Positions 16,462 through 31,714 of a DNA stretch of 64,000 nt are shown here, piece by piece. Where the stretch lies: NCBI RefSeq assembly GCF_009914755.1, contig NC_060926.1. One strand, given 5' to 3'. The position numbers and the translations under genes were made by a program. Origin of the DNA: the human T2T-CHM13v2.0 reference genome, Homo sapiens. The notes beneath the pieces are model-generated. The model was not told the DNA's origin, did no database searches, and was given only the letters and a program-made list of their open reading frames with translations. Every line of letters starts with the position of its first letter. Within the stretch, counting starts at the first letter, position 1.

Positions 16462-17334
16462 TGTGATATTGTGAAATATATATTTGGTTTTCATCTCCTT
16501 TGTTTCCTGACATACAGCCCCTAGAATCCTTGGAATCTCCTGATCAATAAGTGTGAATTTTTGTATGCTAAACAGTAGACTGATGGCTGGGCTAGGGGCT
16601 CCTAAGTAGCTTCAGGATGGGGACTGGTCACTGAAACAAGCAAAGCATTATAAAAAGGTTGGAACATTCAGCCCCATCTACCAATCTCTGGTGGAGTAGA
16701 GAGACTGAGGTTAAGTTGGTCACCAATGGCCAATGATTTAATCAATTGTGCCAGTGTAATGAAGCTTCCATAATAACCCAAAAAGACTAGGTTTTGAGAG
16801 CTTCTGGAGAGCTGAATACGTGGAGGTTTCTGGAGGGTAAGGCACCTGGAGAAGGCATGGAAGCTTCTCTCCTTCCCCCATACCTCATCATATCCAATTC
16901 TTCATCTGATGTTCATCTGTATCCTTTGCCGTATCCTTTATAATAAACTGTTAAATGTAAGTAAAGTATTTCCCGACTTCTGTGAGCCATCCTAGCAAGT
17001 TAATTGAATTCAAGGGAGGGGATCATGGGAACCCTGATTTATAGCCAGTTAGTTAGAGGTATAGGTGGCAACCTACTTATAACTTGCAACCGGCCTCTGA
17101 ACTAGGAGGCAGTTTTGTAAACTAAGCCCTCAATCTGTGGGATCTGACACTACCTCCAGCTAGATAGTGTCAGAATTGAACTGAATTAGATGACACTCAG
17201 GTAGTGTTCCCTGTAGAATTGATTGCTTGGTGCCTGGTAAGGAGACATCCCCACACTTCTTGGTGACCAGAGGTAAGATTTTCTGCTTTGAGAATTAAGA
17301 GTAGGAAAAAAAAACACCGATCTTTTCTATATCA
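16462..17334 (+). mobile_element. MER21 solo LTR
   Basis: Starts tgtgatattgtgaaatatatatttgg...ccttggaatctcc. Internal caccaatggccaatgatttaatcaat and gatagtgtcagaattgaa motifs. Confidence 0.85.
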
Positions 17335-17396
17335 AAATAGTCAATGGTCTGAAAAACATTCATAGGATACCCCTGCTCACACTTACTATTGCCCTC

Positions 17397-17784
17397 TGAT
17401 ATGGTCTGGCTCTGTGTCTCCACCCAAATCTCATCTTCAATTGTAAACCAAATTGTAATCCTCAGTGTTTGGGGAGGGACCTCGTGGGAGATGATTAGAT
17501 CATGGCGGGGAGTTCCCCTATGCAGTTCTCGTGACATTGAGTGAGGTCTCACGAGATCTGGTGGTTTTATAAGGGGCTTTCCCCCACTTTAGTGTGCACT
17601 TCTCTCTCCTGCCACCATATGAAGAAGGACGTGTTTGCTTCCCTTTCTGCCATGATTGTAAGTTTCCTGAGTCCTCCCCAGCCATTTGGAACAGGCTGGG
17701 GAGGACTGTTTATAAACTTCTTTCCTTTATAAATTATCCAGTCTTGGGTATGTCCTTATAACAACATGAAAACAGATGAATATA
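17397..17784 (+). mobile_element. THE1D/THE1C-like MaLR solo LTR
   Basis: tgatatggtctggctctgtgtctccacccaaatctcatc...gaagaaggacgtgtttgcttccc...catgattgtaagtttcctgag. Confidence 0.9.
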
Positions 17785-20124
17785 CCTCCTCTTAATTTTG
17801 TGTTTGCCAAGTTTTTATATTTTAGTTTTCCCTGTCACCCTCATTGATGTCATTTGTTGCCTGTTTGAGAATTCCTTCCTCCTCTAGCTCCTGATTCCTG
17901 CAGAAGACTTCTTCTGGTTCTTACACTTGCACATAACATTGGCTCCTGAATAGTTGAATTAGACTTGTTTTTAAAATGCTAACTTAAAAGTCTTTGCCTC
18001 CCTTTCCATATTCTGGAGTATCTTTTCATCTTTTCCTTTTCCCTGCCTTTGGTATACATGCTATTCTGATGATTCTCCAAATGTCTTCTGCGACCATCAT
18101 AAAGACCTAGATCTCCTTTTCCCAAGTTTTGCCTTGCTGCCTGAACTTTATGTAAGCTCAGCTGGGTTTGGAAATTATCAAAATGTCCCCAAATTTGTTC
18201 TCACTATGCAATTACTATGTCTTCTATTTCCCACAGTTTCTACTTCTATTTCTATTTTATGCAGTTTCTTTCTTATATACAAGATTTTTTAACCTGGGTT
18301 TAAAAAAAATAGTTTTAAAAGGTTTCTCAAAAAGAGTCAAAATTAGACCCTGATTTTTAATTTTTACCTTCCATGCTGTAAGAATTGCTAAAAACACACT
18401 ATATTCTGAAGATTTCCATTTAAACAATGTTTTCCTAATATCTCTAAGCAAATATGGCTTTCAGACCAAAATGTTGCAGGAAAAAACCTTTACATATTCC
18501 TTCCAGATCCAGTAGATTTTCCTTCAGTTTGAGCTAACTTAGTTTCTTTTTTAATTACCTACATAACAAAGGGTCTTATTTTTTACTGAAGGATTTTAAC
18601 CTCCAACACACTTGGTTGGAGATATTTACTGCCATAATGAAGTTCTATTTAAAGTCAAGTAGAGGTCTGAAGGTCCCCAAGCAAAGAAAAAAATAAAATA
18701 AGGGAGACCATGGGCACCCAGCAAACAAGCCATGCAAGTAATCACAAAATGATATATTTTCATGTGAACATATGTACTCATACAATGTATGAACTCCATT
18801 GAACCATTGAATGTTCTCAAGCATTCAGCACTGAAATGCCGAACAAATGAGGCTGAACAGAATACAGAGAGGCCAAGGACAATCATGTAGTCCTGCCCCT
18901 TCTCCCTAGTTGACTCTCAAAACAGTGAAGAAGGACATTGGAAAACCTAGGAAATGCAGTACTTGATGCCTCTTAAAAGCTTCCTAAGAAACAGTGAAAA
19001 AGGAAAAAAAAAACTTGAAGCCAATATTCCGAAATGGCATAAACTAACAATTTTTAAAAAGGGTGATAGAGCAAGCAAGTGAATATGAGCAAAAAAAAAA
19101 CTCCCATGTCTACAAAAACATCAGAGATGATGGAAAAGTAACAGAAAGCAGAGCATCTCTAACAGACCTCTCCTGAGACCTAGAAATTCTAGAAGTGAAT
19201 GAAAAAATTTTTAATCCAAATATTTAATATATCATGAACTTTCAATCTTGAATTAAAATATGTAAATCAATGCTGTATTTTTCCAGCCAATAAATTTATT
19301 GTGAATCTGATTAAAATTGTTCCAATATTTTGGTATTTTATGAATTATTACTACTAAATATATTTGTACATTATTGCCTACAGTTAAACCATTACAATGT
19401 GTGTGTCCTAAATAGAATCCTATGCCTGCAAGAGATAGATTAAAAGTTATTAATGACTCTCTTAGTTGAGTATTATCATTTACTATAATTGAATTACTTT
19501 AAGAATTTGGCCCAGTAATATACTATTATTAAATATACACAGAACAGTACAAGTAAAACATGCCAGGGAAACAATGTCTTTGACCTTCAAAAACTCATTT
19601 TAATTACTCAACCAGTCGAATTTATGGTCAACAATGCAGAACAGCTTTTCACTGAAGGATTCAAATATATGCCATTTGTGCTGCATTTGGAATTCTTCCA
19701 GACCAATTCTGCAATCTATTGTATATCAGGTTATATCCAATATCTCTTATTGCTATACATTTTAATTTTGGATGATATTTATACCCAATTATAATAGTTT
19801 TTCTCAAAATGGCCTATTTTCAGAATTAACAGATTACTATATCTTTGCCATTGTTTATTTGGAATGGGAAGGGAAGTCTTCATTTAATGTAGTTCCAGTT
19901 TTGAAAAGCTTTTTTCAGTTAACTAAAAAAAACTTATTCATACTGTAAAGTCATAGAGTATATAACAATATAATTGAATGAATTATTCTAAGATAAAATT
20001 ATTTAGGTTTGTGATTTACAAAGATTTACAAGATTGAATTACCCTAACTGGAGATACAATTCATTTTTTCTCTCAAATCTGAAAGGTTTTTGTGTTTTAA
20101 CACGGGTTTTACTTTGTGCATTCA

Positions 20125-20262
20125 TTTTTTATTGATACATAATACTTTACATATTTATCGGGTACATGTGATATTTTGTTCCATGCATAGAATGTGTAAT
20201 GCTCAAGTCAGGGTATTTAGGGTATCCACCACCTTGAGAATTTATCATTTCTACGTGTTGGA
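20125..20262 (-). mobile_element. L1MA 3' end fragment
   Basis: tttttattgatacataata...gggtacatgtgatattttg...tgtgtaatgctcaagtcagggta. Confidence 0.75.
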
Positions 20263-20419
20263 ATGCATTCATTTTTTAAACAACTTTTTTTTTATTATTT
20301 TTACATTTTTTATTAAAAATTATTTAACAGAATATATTCAAAATATTGCCATTTAAACATACAGTCAATCTTTTCAAAATTGGAATTTTTTTTTTGCTTT
20401 CATTTTGAAGGGTTTTTGG

Positions 20420-22797
20420 TAATTTTTAAACATTCATTTTAGGTTCAGCAGTACATATGTAGGTTGGTTTATAGGTAAATTGCATGTCACAGAGGTTTGG
20501 TGTGCAAATTATTTCATTACCCAGCCTAGTACCCAATAGGTAGTTTTTCAATCTTTCCCTCCTCCCACCCTCCACCCTCAAGTAGGCCTCAGTGTCTGTT
20601 GTTTTCGTCTTTGTGTCCAGGTGTTCTCAATGTTTAGCTCCCACTTATAACTAAGAACATGCAGTATTTACTTTTCTGTTTCTGCTTTAGTTTGCTTAGG
20701 ATAATGACTTTCAGCTCCATACATGTTACTGTGAAGGACATTATCTTATTCTTTTTATGGCTGTATAGTATTCCACAATGCTTGTGTCTTTATGGTACAA
20801 TGATTTATATTCCTTTGGGTATATACAAGCAGTCCAATAATAGGATTGCTGAGTCAAATGGTAATTCTGTTTTAAATTCTTTAAGAAACTGCCACCCTGC
20901 TTTCCACAATGGCTAAACTAATTGACATTCCCACAAGCAGTGTGTAAGTGCTCCCTTATTCCACAACCTCACAGCCATCTGTTATTTTTTGACTTTTTAA
21001 TAATAGCCATTCTGATTGGTGTGAGATGGTATCTCATTGTGGCACTGATTTGCATTTTTCTAATGATTAATAATATTAAGCATTTTTTTCATATGCTTGT
21101 CATCCATGTACATATATGTCTTCTCTTGAAAAGTGTCTGTTTCTGTCCTTTGCCCACTTTTTAATGAGGCTGGGTTTTTTTTGCTTGTTGAATTAAGTTT
21201 CTTATAGATTCTGTATATTCTACCTTTGTCAGATGCATAGTTTGCAAATATTTTCTCCCATTCTACAGGTTTTCTGTTGACTCTGTTGAAGTTCTTTTGT
21301 TGTGCAGAAGCTTTTGTTTAGTTAGGTCTAATTTGTCAATTTTTGGTTTTGTTGCTGTTGCTTTTGGTGCCTTCATCATGAAATCTTTGCCAGGGCTTAT
21401 GTCCAGAATGGTATTTCCTAGATTATCTTCCAGAATTGTTTTAGGTTTTATATTTAAGTCTATAATCCATCTTGAATTGGTTTTTATATGGTAAAAGGAA
21501 GGAGTCCAGTTTTTTTGTCAACTTTGTTGAAGTTCAGATGGTTGGAGGTTTGCAGCATTACTGCTGGGCTCTCTATTCTGTTCCATTAATCTATGTGTCT
21601 CTTTTTGTACCAGTACCATGCTGTTTTGGTTACTGTAGCCTTGCAGTATAGTTTGAAGTCAGGTAACATGTTGCCTCCTGCTTTGTTCTCTTTGCTTAGG
21701 CTAATCTTGGCTACTGGGGCTCTTTTTTGGTTCCATACGAATTTTAAAATAATTTTTTTTCTAATTCTGTGAAGAATGTCATTGGTAGTTTGATAGGAAT
21801 AGCATTGAATTTGTATTTTGCTTTGGGCAGTATGGCCATTTTAACAATATTGATTCTTCTTATCCATGAGCATGGAGTGTTTTTCCATTTGTTTGTGTCA
21901 TCTCTGATTTCTTCGTGCAGTATTTTATGATTCTCATTGTAGAGGTTTTTCACCTCCCTAGTTAGCTATATTCCTAGGTATTATATTCTTTCTGTGGCTA
22001 TTGTGAATTCAATTGTGTTCTTGGTTAGACGCTCAGCTTGGACATTGTTGGTGTATAGAAATGTTCATGATTTTTGTACATTTATTTTGTATCCTGAAAC
22101 TTTGCTGAAGTTGTTTCTCACTTCTAGGAGCTTTTGGGCAGAAATTATGAGCTCTTCTAAATATAAAATCATATCACCTGCAAACAGAGATGTTTGACTT
22201 CCTCTCCTCCTATTTGGATGCCTTTTATTTTTTCTCTTGCCTAATTGCTCTGGTTAAGATTTCCAGTACTATATTAAAAAGGAGTGGTGAGAGAGGGTAT
22301 ACTTGTCCTGTTTGGTTCTTAAGAAGAATGCTTCCAGCTTTTGCCTATTCAGTATGATGTCGGCTGCAGGTTTGTCATAGATAGCTCTTATTATTTTGAG
22401 GTATGGTCTTCCAATGCCTAGTTTGTTAAGGCTTTTTAACATGAAGGGATGTTGAATTTTATCAAAAGCCTTTTTTGCATCTTTTGAGATGATCCTGTGG
22501 TTTTTGTTTTTAGTTTTGTCTATATGATGAATCCATTTATTGATTTGCATGTGTTGAACCAATCTTGTATCCCAGGGATAAGGCCTATGTGATCATGGCG
22601 GATCAGCTTTTTGATGTGCTGCTGGAATTGATTTGCTAGTATTTTGGTTGAGCGTTTTTGCATCTATGTTCATCCTGGATTTTGTCCTGAAGTTTTCTTT
22701 TTTTGTTGTATCTTTGCCAGGTTTTGGTATCAGGATATTGCTGGCCTCAGAATGAATTAGGAAGGAGTCTATCCTACTCAATTTTTTTGGAATAGTT
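20420..22797 (-). mobile_element. 5'-truncated L1PA15/16-like LINE-1
   Basis: Minus-strand ORF2 fragments (21744-21953, 22269-22562, 22593-22826). 3' UTR ggtaaattgcatgtcacagaggtttggtgt. Confidence 0.92.
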
Positions 22798-22799
22798 AA

Positions 22800-23050
22800 A
22801 TAACTTTCTAAAGGTATGTGGTACATGTGGTAAAATCCACCAATTTCAAGTATACAATTTAGTGGTTTTTAGTAACTTTACCAAGTGGTTGTTCCATCTT
22901 TATGAATCACTTTTAGAACATTTCATTCCTCTCATATTATCTCATGCCCACGGACAGTTAATCCTTGTTCTCATCCCCAACTGCAGGCAGCCACTTACTT
23001 ACATTGTCTTAAAAGCTTACCATTTCTGGACATTTAACATAATAATATAA
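22800..23050 (-). mobile_element. Old L1M (ME/MB-like) 3' fragment
   Basis: aaaatccaccaatttcaagtatacaatttagtggtttttagta...ttttagaacatttcat. Confidence 0.6.
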
Positions 23051-23629
23051 ACTAGATGTTAGGTATTAAACTTAATCTATTGGAGAGAAAGAAATTAAAG
23101 CAATGGGACTGTGATTTCTTCCCCTCCTTATTTAGTGAAAAAGAAATGTGACTCTCCTGGGAATAAAAGAAGGCATGCAAATGATCTAATCTCCATATAA
23201 AATATCATAACTGGACCTCATGATAAAATAGCATTTGATAGCTGTTATCTGTGGAATGGTTTCAGAAGAATGTACATGATTGTTTAATGATAATCAAACA
23301 TACGGTTTATAGACTTATAGGATAAAATGTCACACAAGCAAGGTGACTATCAGAGTATAAAATGGATATATCTCATAACCTAAATGCTATGTTCTTTCCA
23401 GAAAGCCTGCAGCCAAAGATATATTACAGTAGGGGTACTACAGTCTGGTTGTCTCTTCCCAATTTAGGGCCCTAATGAGCAAGCATTTTCTTCAAAATTC
23501 TCCATTGAGGGTACAGTATTCTAGTGATCTAGGCATATCAAAGTTGTCTATGCAAGTAATGGGTGGGATGCCAAGGAACAAAAAATCTTTTTAAAAAAAA
23601 TTATATTCTAAAGATCCTCCATAATGGCA

Positions 23630-24910
23630 AAATTTTAAAAACTGGCAACACAAAATTTTGAAAAGAATATATAACATCCAGAACTCTCTTAAACTGTTGG
23701 TTGGCATGCAATGTGGCACAGTCTCTTTTGAAAAACATCTGACAGTTTCTTAGAAAACTAAATGTATACCCATTCTATGACCCAGCTATTCTACTCATTG
23801 GAATTTATTCAAGAGAAATGAAAAGATGTTCAAAGACTTGTACAAGAATGTTCATTATAGCTTCATTAACAATAGCCCTACTGCAAACAGCCTAAGTGTT
23901 CATACAAAGAAGAATGAATAAGCAAAATGTGGTGTATCCATATAACAGAAAATAGAAATATCAGGAAGAAATTACTGACACACACAACATAGATGGATTT
24001 CCAAAACATTATGCTGAGTAGAAGAAGCCTCATTCAAAAGAGTACAGAATATATTATTCTATTTATGTGAAGCTCTATAAAAGGCAAATTAATCTATAAT
24101 GAAAAAAAATTGTAATAGCGATTGCCTCTTGGGTGGGGAAGAAGGTGCAGGGATTGACTGGGAATAGACCTTAAAAATATTCTAGAGTAAAGTTAATGGT
24201 GTATATCTTGATAGAAATTTGGTTTACATAGTCTTATGCATTTCTCAAGCTCAGAAAACATAATTTAAGTTTTAAGTTTTATTCATTTCGTTAATATACA
24301 TTTTACCTCTAGGAGGAAAAAATATTTAAAATATTGAACTGTAGTTAGTTATATGCATGCTAAAGTGCTTATGAGGAAGCATACTGATGTCTGTAATATA
24401 TAGTCATGCATTGCATAATGGCATTTCTGTCAATGACAGTCTGCATATACCAGTTATCCTATAAGATTATAATATCATAGTTTCATTGTATCTTTTCTGT
24501 GTTTAGCTACCCAAATACTTACCATTCTGTTACAATTGCCTGTGGTATTCAGTACAGTAACATGCTGTACAGGTTTGTAGCCTAGGAGTAATAGGCCAGA
24601 CAATATAGCCTACATGTATAGTAGGCTATACCACCTAGCTTTGTGTAAATACGCTCTGTGATGTTCACACAATGACGAAATTGCCTAATGACATGTTTAT
24701 TAGAACTTCTCTTTGTCATTAAGTGACACATGACTGTGCTTCAAAACACATCAAAAAAGGTGGATTGGTGATAGAGGGATGAATGTAATATATGATCAAC
24801 AGTATTCAAAGGAAAATGGTATAATCTAGGTATTGTGTATACTAGCATTAACTCTAAAATTCTTTCAGCTTGTTGTATATTTGAAACAACATAAGAAAGC
24901 ATTGAAAATG
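23630..24910 (+). mobile_element. Old L1ME/MD-like 3' region, split by Tigger3a
   Basis: tatgacccagctattctactcattggaatttattcaagagaaatgaaa...aaacattatgctgagtagaagaagcc. Continues after 24737. Confidence 0.7.
24401..24736 (+). mobile_element. Tigger3a (MER7A-like) non-autonomous DNA transposon
   Basis: TIR-like ends (t)agtcatgc...catgactg. Internal cagtacagtaacatgctgtacaggtttgtagcctaggag. Confidence 0.85.
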
Positions 24911-24965
24911 TGTGTGTGTGTAAAGGCCAAATGCATTCTTATTTTTCAAACACAGTATCAACCCT

Positions 24966-25477
24966 GGAGGAGTAGAAACTTTACCTTTATTCATCATAGT
25001 TCTTAGGTTTGGACAGACTCCTTTAATACAAGACAGATTAATGACAGACAAACAAACAAACAAGTGTATTAATGCATGCCACACACACCACACTGGAGAA
25101 ATCTCAATGGAAATACCTCAAAAAGATGACTTAGCTCCACTTATAGAACATCTTCAATAAAGAACAATACACTTGTAAAGGAATGACAGACAAAGAAAAA
25201 CAGTTTTAAACTTCCAAGGGCACGCAACTGTGGGAAGGTAAATATTGGGGATGAAACTAATGGAGTAAAGTTTGTTTGCAGATTCCTCTGGTGTCATCTC
25301 TGGGCTGATGAGTCTAGAGTTGTCATCTATAAAGAATTTATTTTCCTATCTTTAGGCAGAAAGAGAAGAGGGTAGAGATAGCTTCCTCTCAATTTGCAGT
25401 TTCTTATTGCCTTTAGCTCAAAAATAACTTATATCTCAAGGAGGCATTTTGGAGTGACATGCTGGCTTACTTCAACA
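24966..25477 (-). mobile_element. MER34-like ERV1 solo LTR
   Basis: aagacagattaa, gtttgtttgcagattcctctgg and tgcctttagctcaaaaataa...ggcattttgg motifs. Confidence 0.65.
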
Positions 25478-26511
25478 TCTCATTGAAACTACTGTATTAT
25501 ATCCAGTTGCACCTGCCAGCATCTAATACCTTCTTATCCAACATTATCAATACTTATAGCTGATAAGTTAGCAAAATGTCAGTTAAAAAGGTAAATAAAT
25601 ATTGATGCATGCCTATCTTAAACATTTTGTTTTTAACTCTAAACATACAAAGATATAAAATATTTTTTAATGTTTTGTTGTAGGTCCACTTTTTTATTAT
25701 TGTTCTAATGAGCACAAAGTTGTATGTTGCTTTTTTTCCATAAACCCTCCCATAATGCATTTTCTTTTATTGATTCTTCAAATTAGAGAGAAAACCTACA
25801 TCTAATTGGACAAAATATCTTTGAAATGCACCTTTATAGAGTCTTCTTAAAGCATTCATTTTAAATTTTGCTTTTTTTCTCATATTCCATTTTAGATACC
25901 ATGTGTTAAATTGTTTGATAAATCATTACCTATCTATCATAGCAAACATACTTGGCATAAAGAGGTCCGTGTAGATCCAAAACATAATTGCAGCTACATA
26001 ATCAAAATTCTATTATAACACAATTTCCATCTGATTTTAGTATTTTTAAAACATTAGTTAAAAAGGAAGATAAACTAATACTTTCTAGTCTCAGTCAAAG
26101 ACTATTTTTTATGTTGTAGTTCTAAATTCCCTTCTGCACAGTCCCATGTGATTCCTGTTGAAAATTTCTCTCCTGATAAATTATCCAAAATGTTACTGCC
26201 TGTTTCACTTATTTCCGCTCCCCATGTGTTTCTTTATCCTTTAGCTAGTCCCTGTCTCTCTCTCTTTCACCTATTCACTCTCTCTTGTGCATATGTCCTC
26301 CATCATTATCAGTATGGAAGATGCTCTACACTGGCTCAATCAACATCTATTCAAAATAATAAAATTTCCAGCCCACCTTGCACCTATGTGTGGCCACATG
26401 CACATGACATAGCTCTAGACATTGAATTATAAGTAGAAGTTCTTAGGGAGTGCTTACTTTCCTTTCTGAATAAAATAAAATGGAGATCTTAAGGGACTTC
26501 AGTTTTCATGG

Positions 26512-26883
<372 letters not shown>

Positions 26884-27277
26884 TGGAACTTCAGTTTCAA
26901 TCAAGCAAAAAAATATTCAATTACTTTATGCATCCAATATTTTGTAAGTCAAGAAAATATTTCAAAAGCAACTTTCGCAAGGTTTAAAATTAAAATGGGG
27001 CTTTCTACTTAACAAATAGCTAACTAATTTTATGTCAGCTAAATACCCTATTCCACAGTTGGTTGGTTTGTTCATACATAATGAATGAATAGAGAAAAAA
27101 AGTGGCCATTTTGAGTAGATACCATAAGCTCATGCTTCTTAAAGTAGGGTAAGTATATTTAATACTATCCTAAAGAGTATATGAAAGAACAGGATAAAAA
27201 TGTCACGTTTAGCAAAGTATTCATTTTCTTTGAAAGCAGGTCATTTTAAACATTATATGAATATTAAGATAACATGA

Positions 27278-27636
<359 letters not shown>

Positions 27637-27695
27637 CTAATATAGACTTTATAAGAGCCAAATTTTGAATGATATCATGAAGAATATTAAAAGTT

Positions 27696-28070
<375 letters not shown>

Positions 28071-28136
28071 TTATATTATTGATATCTATGCTGTCTCATC
28101 AGTATCACTACAGGAAATAAAAAAACAGAGATCAGG

Positions 28137-28301
28137 AAGTCTCTGCTGCCTTATGTAAAAATTCAAAACAGTCTATGAAATCTGCTTTTAGGATTTCTCT
28201 CCCTGTCTTATTACCAGCAAAGTCTCTGCTGCCTTATGTAAAAATTCAAAACAGTCTATGAAATCTGCTTTTAGGGTTTCTATCCCTGTCTTATTACCAG
28301 C
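28137..28301. repeat. Tandem duplication, 83-bp period, two copies
   Basis: aagtctctgctgcc...ttattaccagc at 28137-28218 and 28220-28301, with 2 mismatches. Confidence 0.95.
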
Positions 28302-28694
28302 CACAAGTGGGAAAGGCAATGAAGAGTAAATACTCTCCCCCAGAATTAGACTCTTGAGCAAGTGAGACAGTGATGTTTGCTGTGATGGACTTGTCCCTGG
28401 CATGGCCAGTGACAGCAAGATGTGACCCAAACTCTTCCTGCAGCATAACCTCAGAGGCGGCTCTTCCTGCCAGATTCCCCCAGCCCCATGCACAACCATC
28501 TTAAGTCCCATTTCTTTTCCAACCAACTGTTCTGTGAGCCTGGAAAAAAATTTCAAGTAGAATTATTTTCTTGCTTAAGTTCATCACAGTTGATTCTTGT
28601 TTCTAAGCAGCAAGGACAGATCCTTCACCCCTCATTCAAACAATAGGAATAGCAAAATGACTCAAACATCACAGCATCAAAGTTAGGCCAAGCA

Positions 28695-29013
<319 letters not shown>

Positions 29014-29174
29014 TCACAACACCAAGATTTAATAGCAATGGGAGAGACAGCATTAAACTCTAAATTGATATTATTTTATGGTGCAGTAATTACTTTTATT
29101 TTGTTAAGAATAACTGTCCCGACGAAATTCTGGTAGGACTCAAAGAAAGAATGTGCCAACCTAAATGCCTTCTA

Positions 29175-29346
29175 GTCCTTCATCACTCATCAACATCAGA
29201 ATTTCATGGGGTGTTAGGTTAAAATGCAGTTTCTGCAGCCAATCCCAGAAGTGAAACAGGTTCTTCAAAAGGAGCCTAAGAATCTGAATCGTAAGCAGCT
29301 TTGTACTGACTGATATGCAAATTAAAGTTTGAGAACAACGGGCCTA
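29175..29346. mobile_element. MER5A hAT-Charlie fossil
   Basis: catcagaat...ttaaaatgcag...cctaagaatctg...aaagtttgagaacaac. Confidence 0.7.
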
Positions 29347-31134
29347 GGTGAATTTTTTAAGATGTACTAAAACAGACATTACACATGTTTTATTGATAGC
29401 AGTTAAAATTTCTTCCTGAATCTTTGGTTAAAACAGTGTTCTTAACAGAGTCACAGTGCTGTAATATAAAGAGCTAATGCTTGAATATCCCCCTTCCTGC
29501 TCTATAAATAACAAAGTGTTATCCTCTGAAACCAAACATAAAGTTTTGCTTCCTTATTTCTTTTCTCTATATTTTCTCTTTTTCCTAGTATCTGCCCTTG
29601 AGAATTACCCTGATTAAAACTAAAAAGAAATAAATAAAAAGAAGGCAGCAGCACATCCTTTACAAACTCTTTACCTGTTTTGGCATGTATCATATAAGTG
29701 ATGAATTGCATATGCTTGTTAGTGGCTCAACAACTTGGTTATTTAGTTTTGGAGCTTGCAGTCAGCTTCCTTGATTTATTGCCCTGGGAAATAATAATAC
29801 ATTCCAAGAACAGAGAGATATCTCTGTATGTATCTAATACAGAAGATAAATTTTATTCTAGAATCTAGAGCACAAAAGAAACCACTAGAGATTAATATGA
29901 ACAATGCAAGATTTTCTCATTTTTATAATACCAAAAAGTAAGGGAATAAGTAAAAAGAAATACAATATTCAGAAGGAGATAAGCAACTAATCTAATTTTA
30001 CTTTTTCTCATTAAATGGTTTATCTTTAGTAATAAAGTCTCAACAAGCTCACTTTTATACATCAAAGCCATGGTGATAAGTGCATATCAAATATAACATT
30101 AAACTTTTAAAAAGAGCATTTAGAGAGGAATCTCTTCTTAAAACATTGGTTTATAGAGTTACAAAACAAAAAGAATACATATAAAGATGTCAAAAACTTA
30201 TTGATCACAGGAAGAATTTTAGGACTGTCTCTTTCCTCATTCCCTTCCTTGGTCCCCTCTCCAGGAAAGGTCAGGGTTAATAGGCAAACTCATTTTCATG
30301 GCTCTCAGTGCCACAGTTTGTAATATTCACAGTCTTGAGCACAGAAGTTAAAGGCCTGGGCCTGTCTGGGTGTTCTCTTCCCAGCTCCCTTTCTGAGCCT
30401 CTAAATCTCTATTCCCATGTGGCTGCAAGAGAAGAATCAACCACTACTCAGGAGCTGTACCACCCTAAAAAGGTCTCTGGTAAAGTTATCTAAGCAAATT
30501 CTGCTCCCAGTCTTAGAAGCAACACAGTAGCACTACTTATGCTACCTGGTCATTACACTACTGGTCAGCATGGGCTTTTCTCATCATGTAAGGGTAAATT
30601 TTTATAATACCAAAAAATAAGGGAATAATCATCTCCTAGTAAAGTTCCTGTTACGTAATACAACTATTCTCAGATCTATATTAATATGAAATCAGTATCA
30701 TATATCTTTTGCAATGGGAAAAAACATAAAACTTGTTAAAATCCCAGATGACACACCTGCTACAGAATTTTAAGAGCACTCCTTCATCAGAATAAAGAAT
30801 AATTAGGTATTTGTCAGTCAAGAAATACTGGTACTAGACAGTAACCTGGTGTGGGCAGTTGAAAACAAAAAGGACAATTCAATTTGAGAAAATTCATGCT
30901 GAATCCAATGAAGTGGAAAAGTAGAACAGGCCAAACATGAGTCATCACCATAATTGAATGACTGAATAGATGTCCTGTCAGCAATATCATCTCAGAACAT
31001 ATTAGATAATAGACACACAGAGAAAAGAGACTAATTATAATTACTGCTTAACAGTACACCTACTGAGTCTCCTGCATGCTCAGTAATAATAGTTTGAGTG
31101 CTTTCTGCATGGGTCTGCATTGTATTTAGTAAGA

Positions 31135-31370
31135 GGTAATAATAATACCTGACAGTTAATAAGTGTTTAGCAGTACCAGGCACTATGTTAAATGCTTTAC
31201 ATGAATTATCTGATTTAATGCTCAGAAGAAGCCCACAAAGTACTATTAACCCCATTTTCACCAATGTGATAACTGAGTCTTAGATTAAGTAGAACAAGCA
31301 AAATCACACAGCTCTTAAAGATTGGAGCCCAAAGTCTGCCTAGTTTAGGAGTCTTCTCTCATAAGTACTA
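31135..31370 (-). mobile_element. MIR
   Basis: ccaggcactatgttaaatgctttacatgaattatctgatttaat...ccccattttcaccaatgtgataactgag. Confidence 0.8.
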
Positions 31371-31714
31371 TGGCTTCTTTCAAAAATATTACATAAATTA
31401 CAAAATTTTACAAAGGTGGAAAATAAGTCCAAGACTTTTAAATAATTTTCCAAAAACTAATAGGCAGTTAGGGTTTCATGATGGACTCAAAGCTGCTTAT
31501 GTTTTTTTACTATGCCATATGCTACTGCTTTGTCAACAAACAGAATCAGAAAAAAATTAAGCTTCTGGAACAAATATTGAGTTTAAAAACAATAATCCTT
31601 AAAATGAGGTGCAGATTTCACCATTTTTATTAATCCTTCTTTTATTTACAATTACAGTGCACTTTGGAAGCAATGCAACAACAGGAAGCAACATGCCCAA
31701 CTTTTATCACTCAC

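Noticed and set aside
19519-19795. Stop-free + strand frame of about 90 codons (…MVNNAEQLFTEGFKYMPF…)
   Set aside because: No recognisable domain, no convincing splice sites and a low-complexity hydrophobic tail. Compatible with chance.
28137-28301. CRISPR-like or spacer-repeat array
   Set aside because: Only two adjacent copies with no spacers, in a primate genome. It is a simple tandem duplication.
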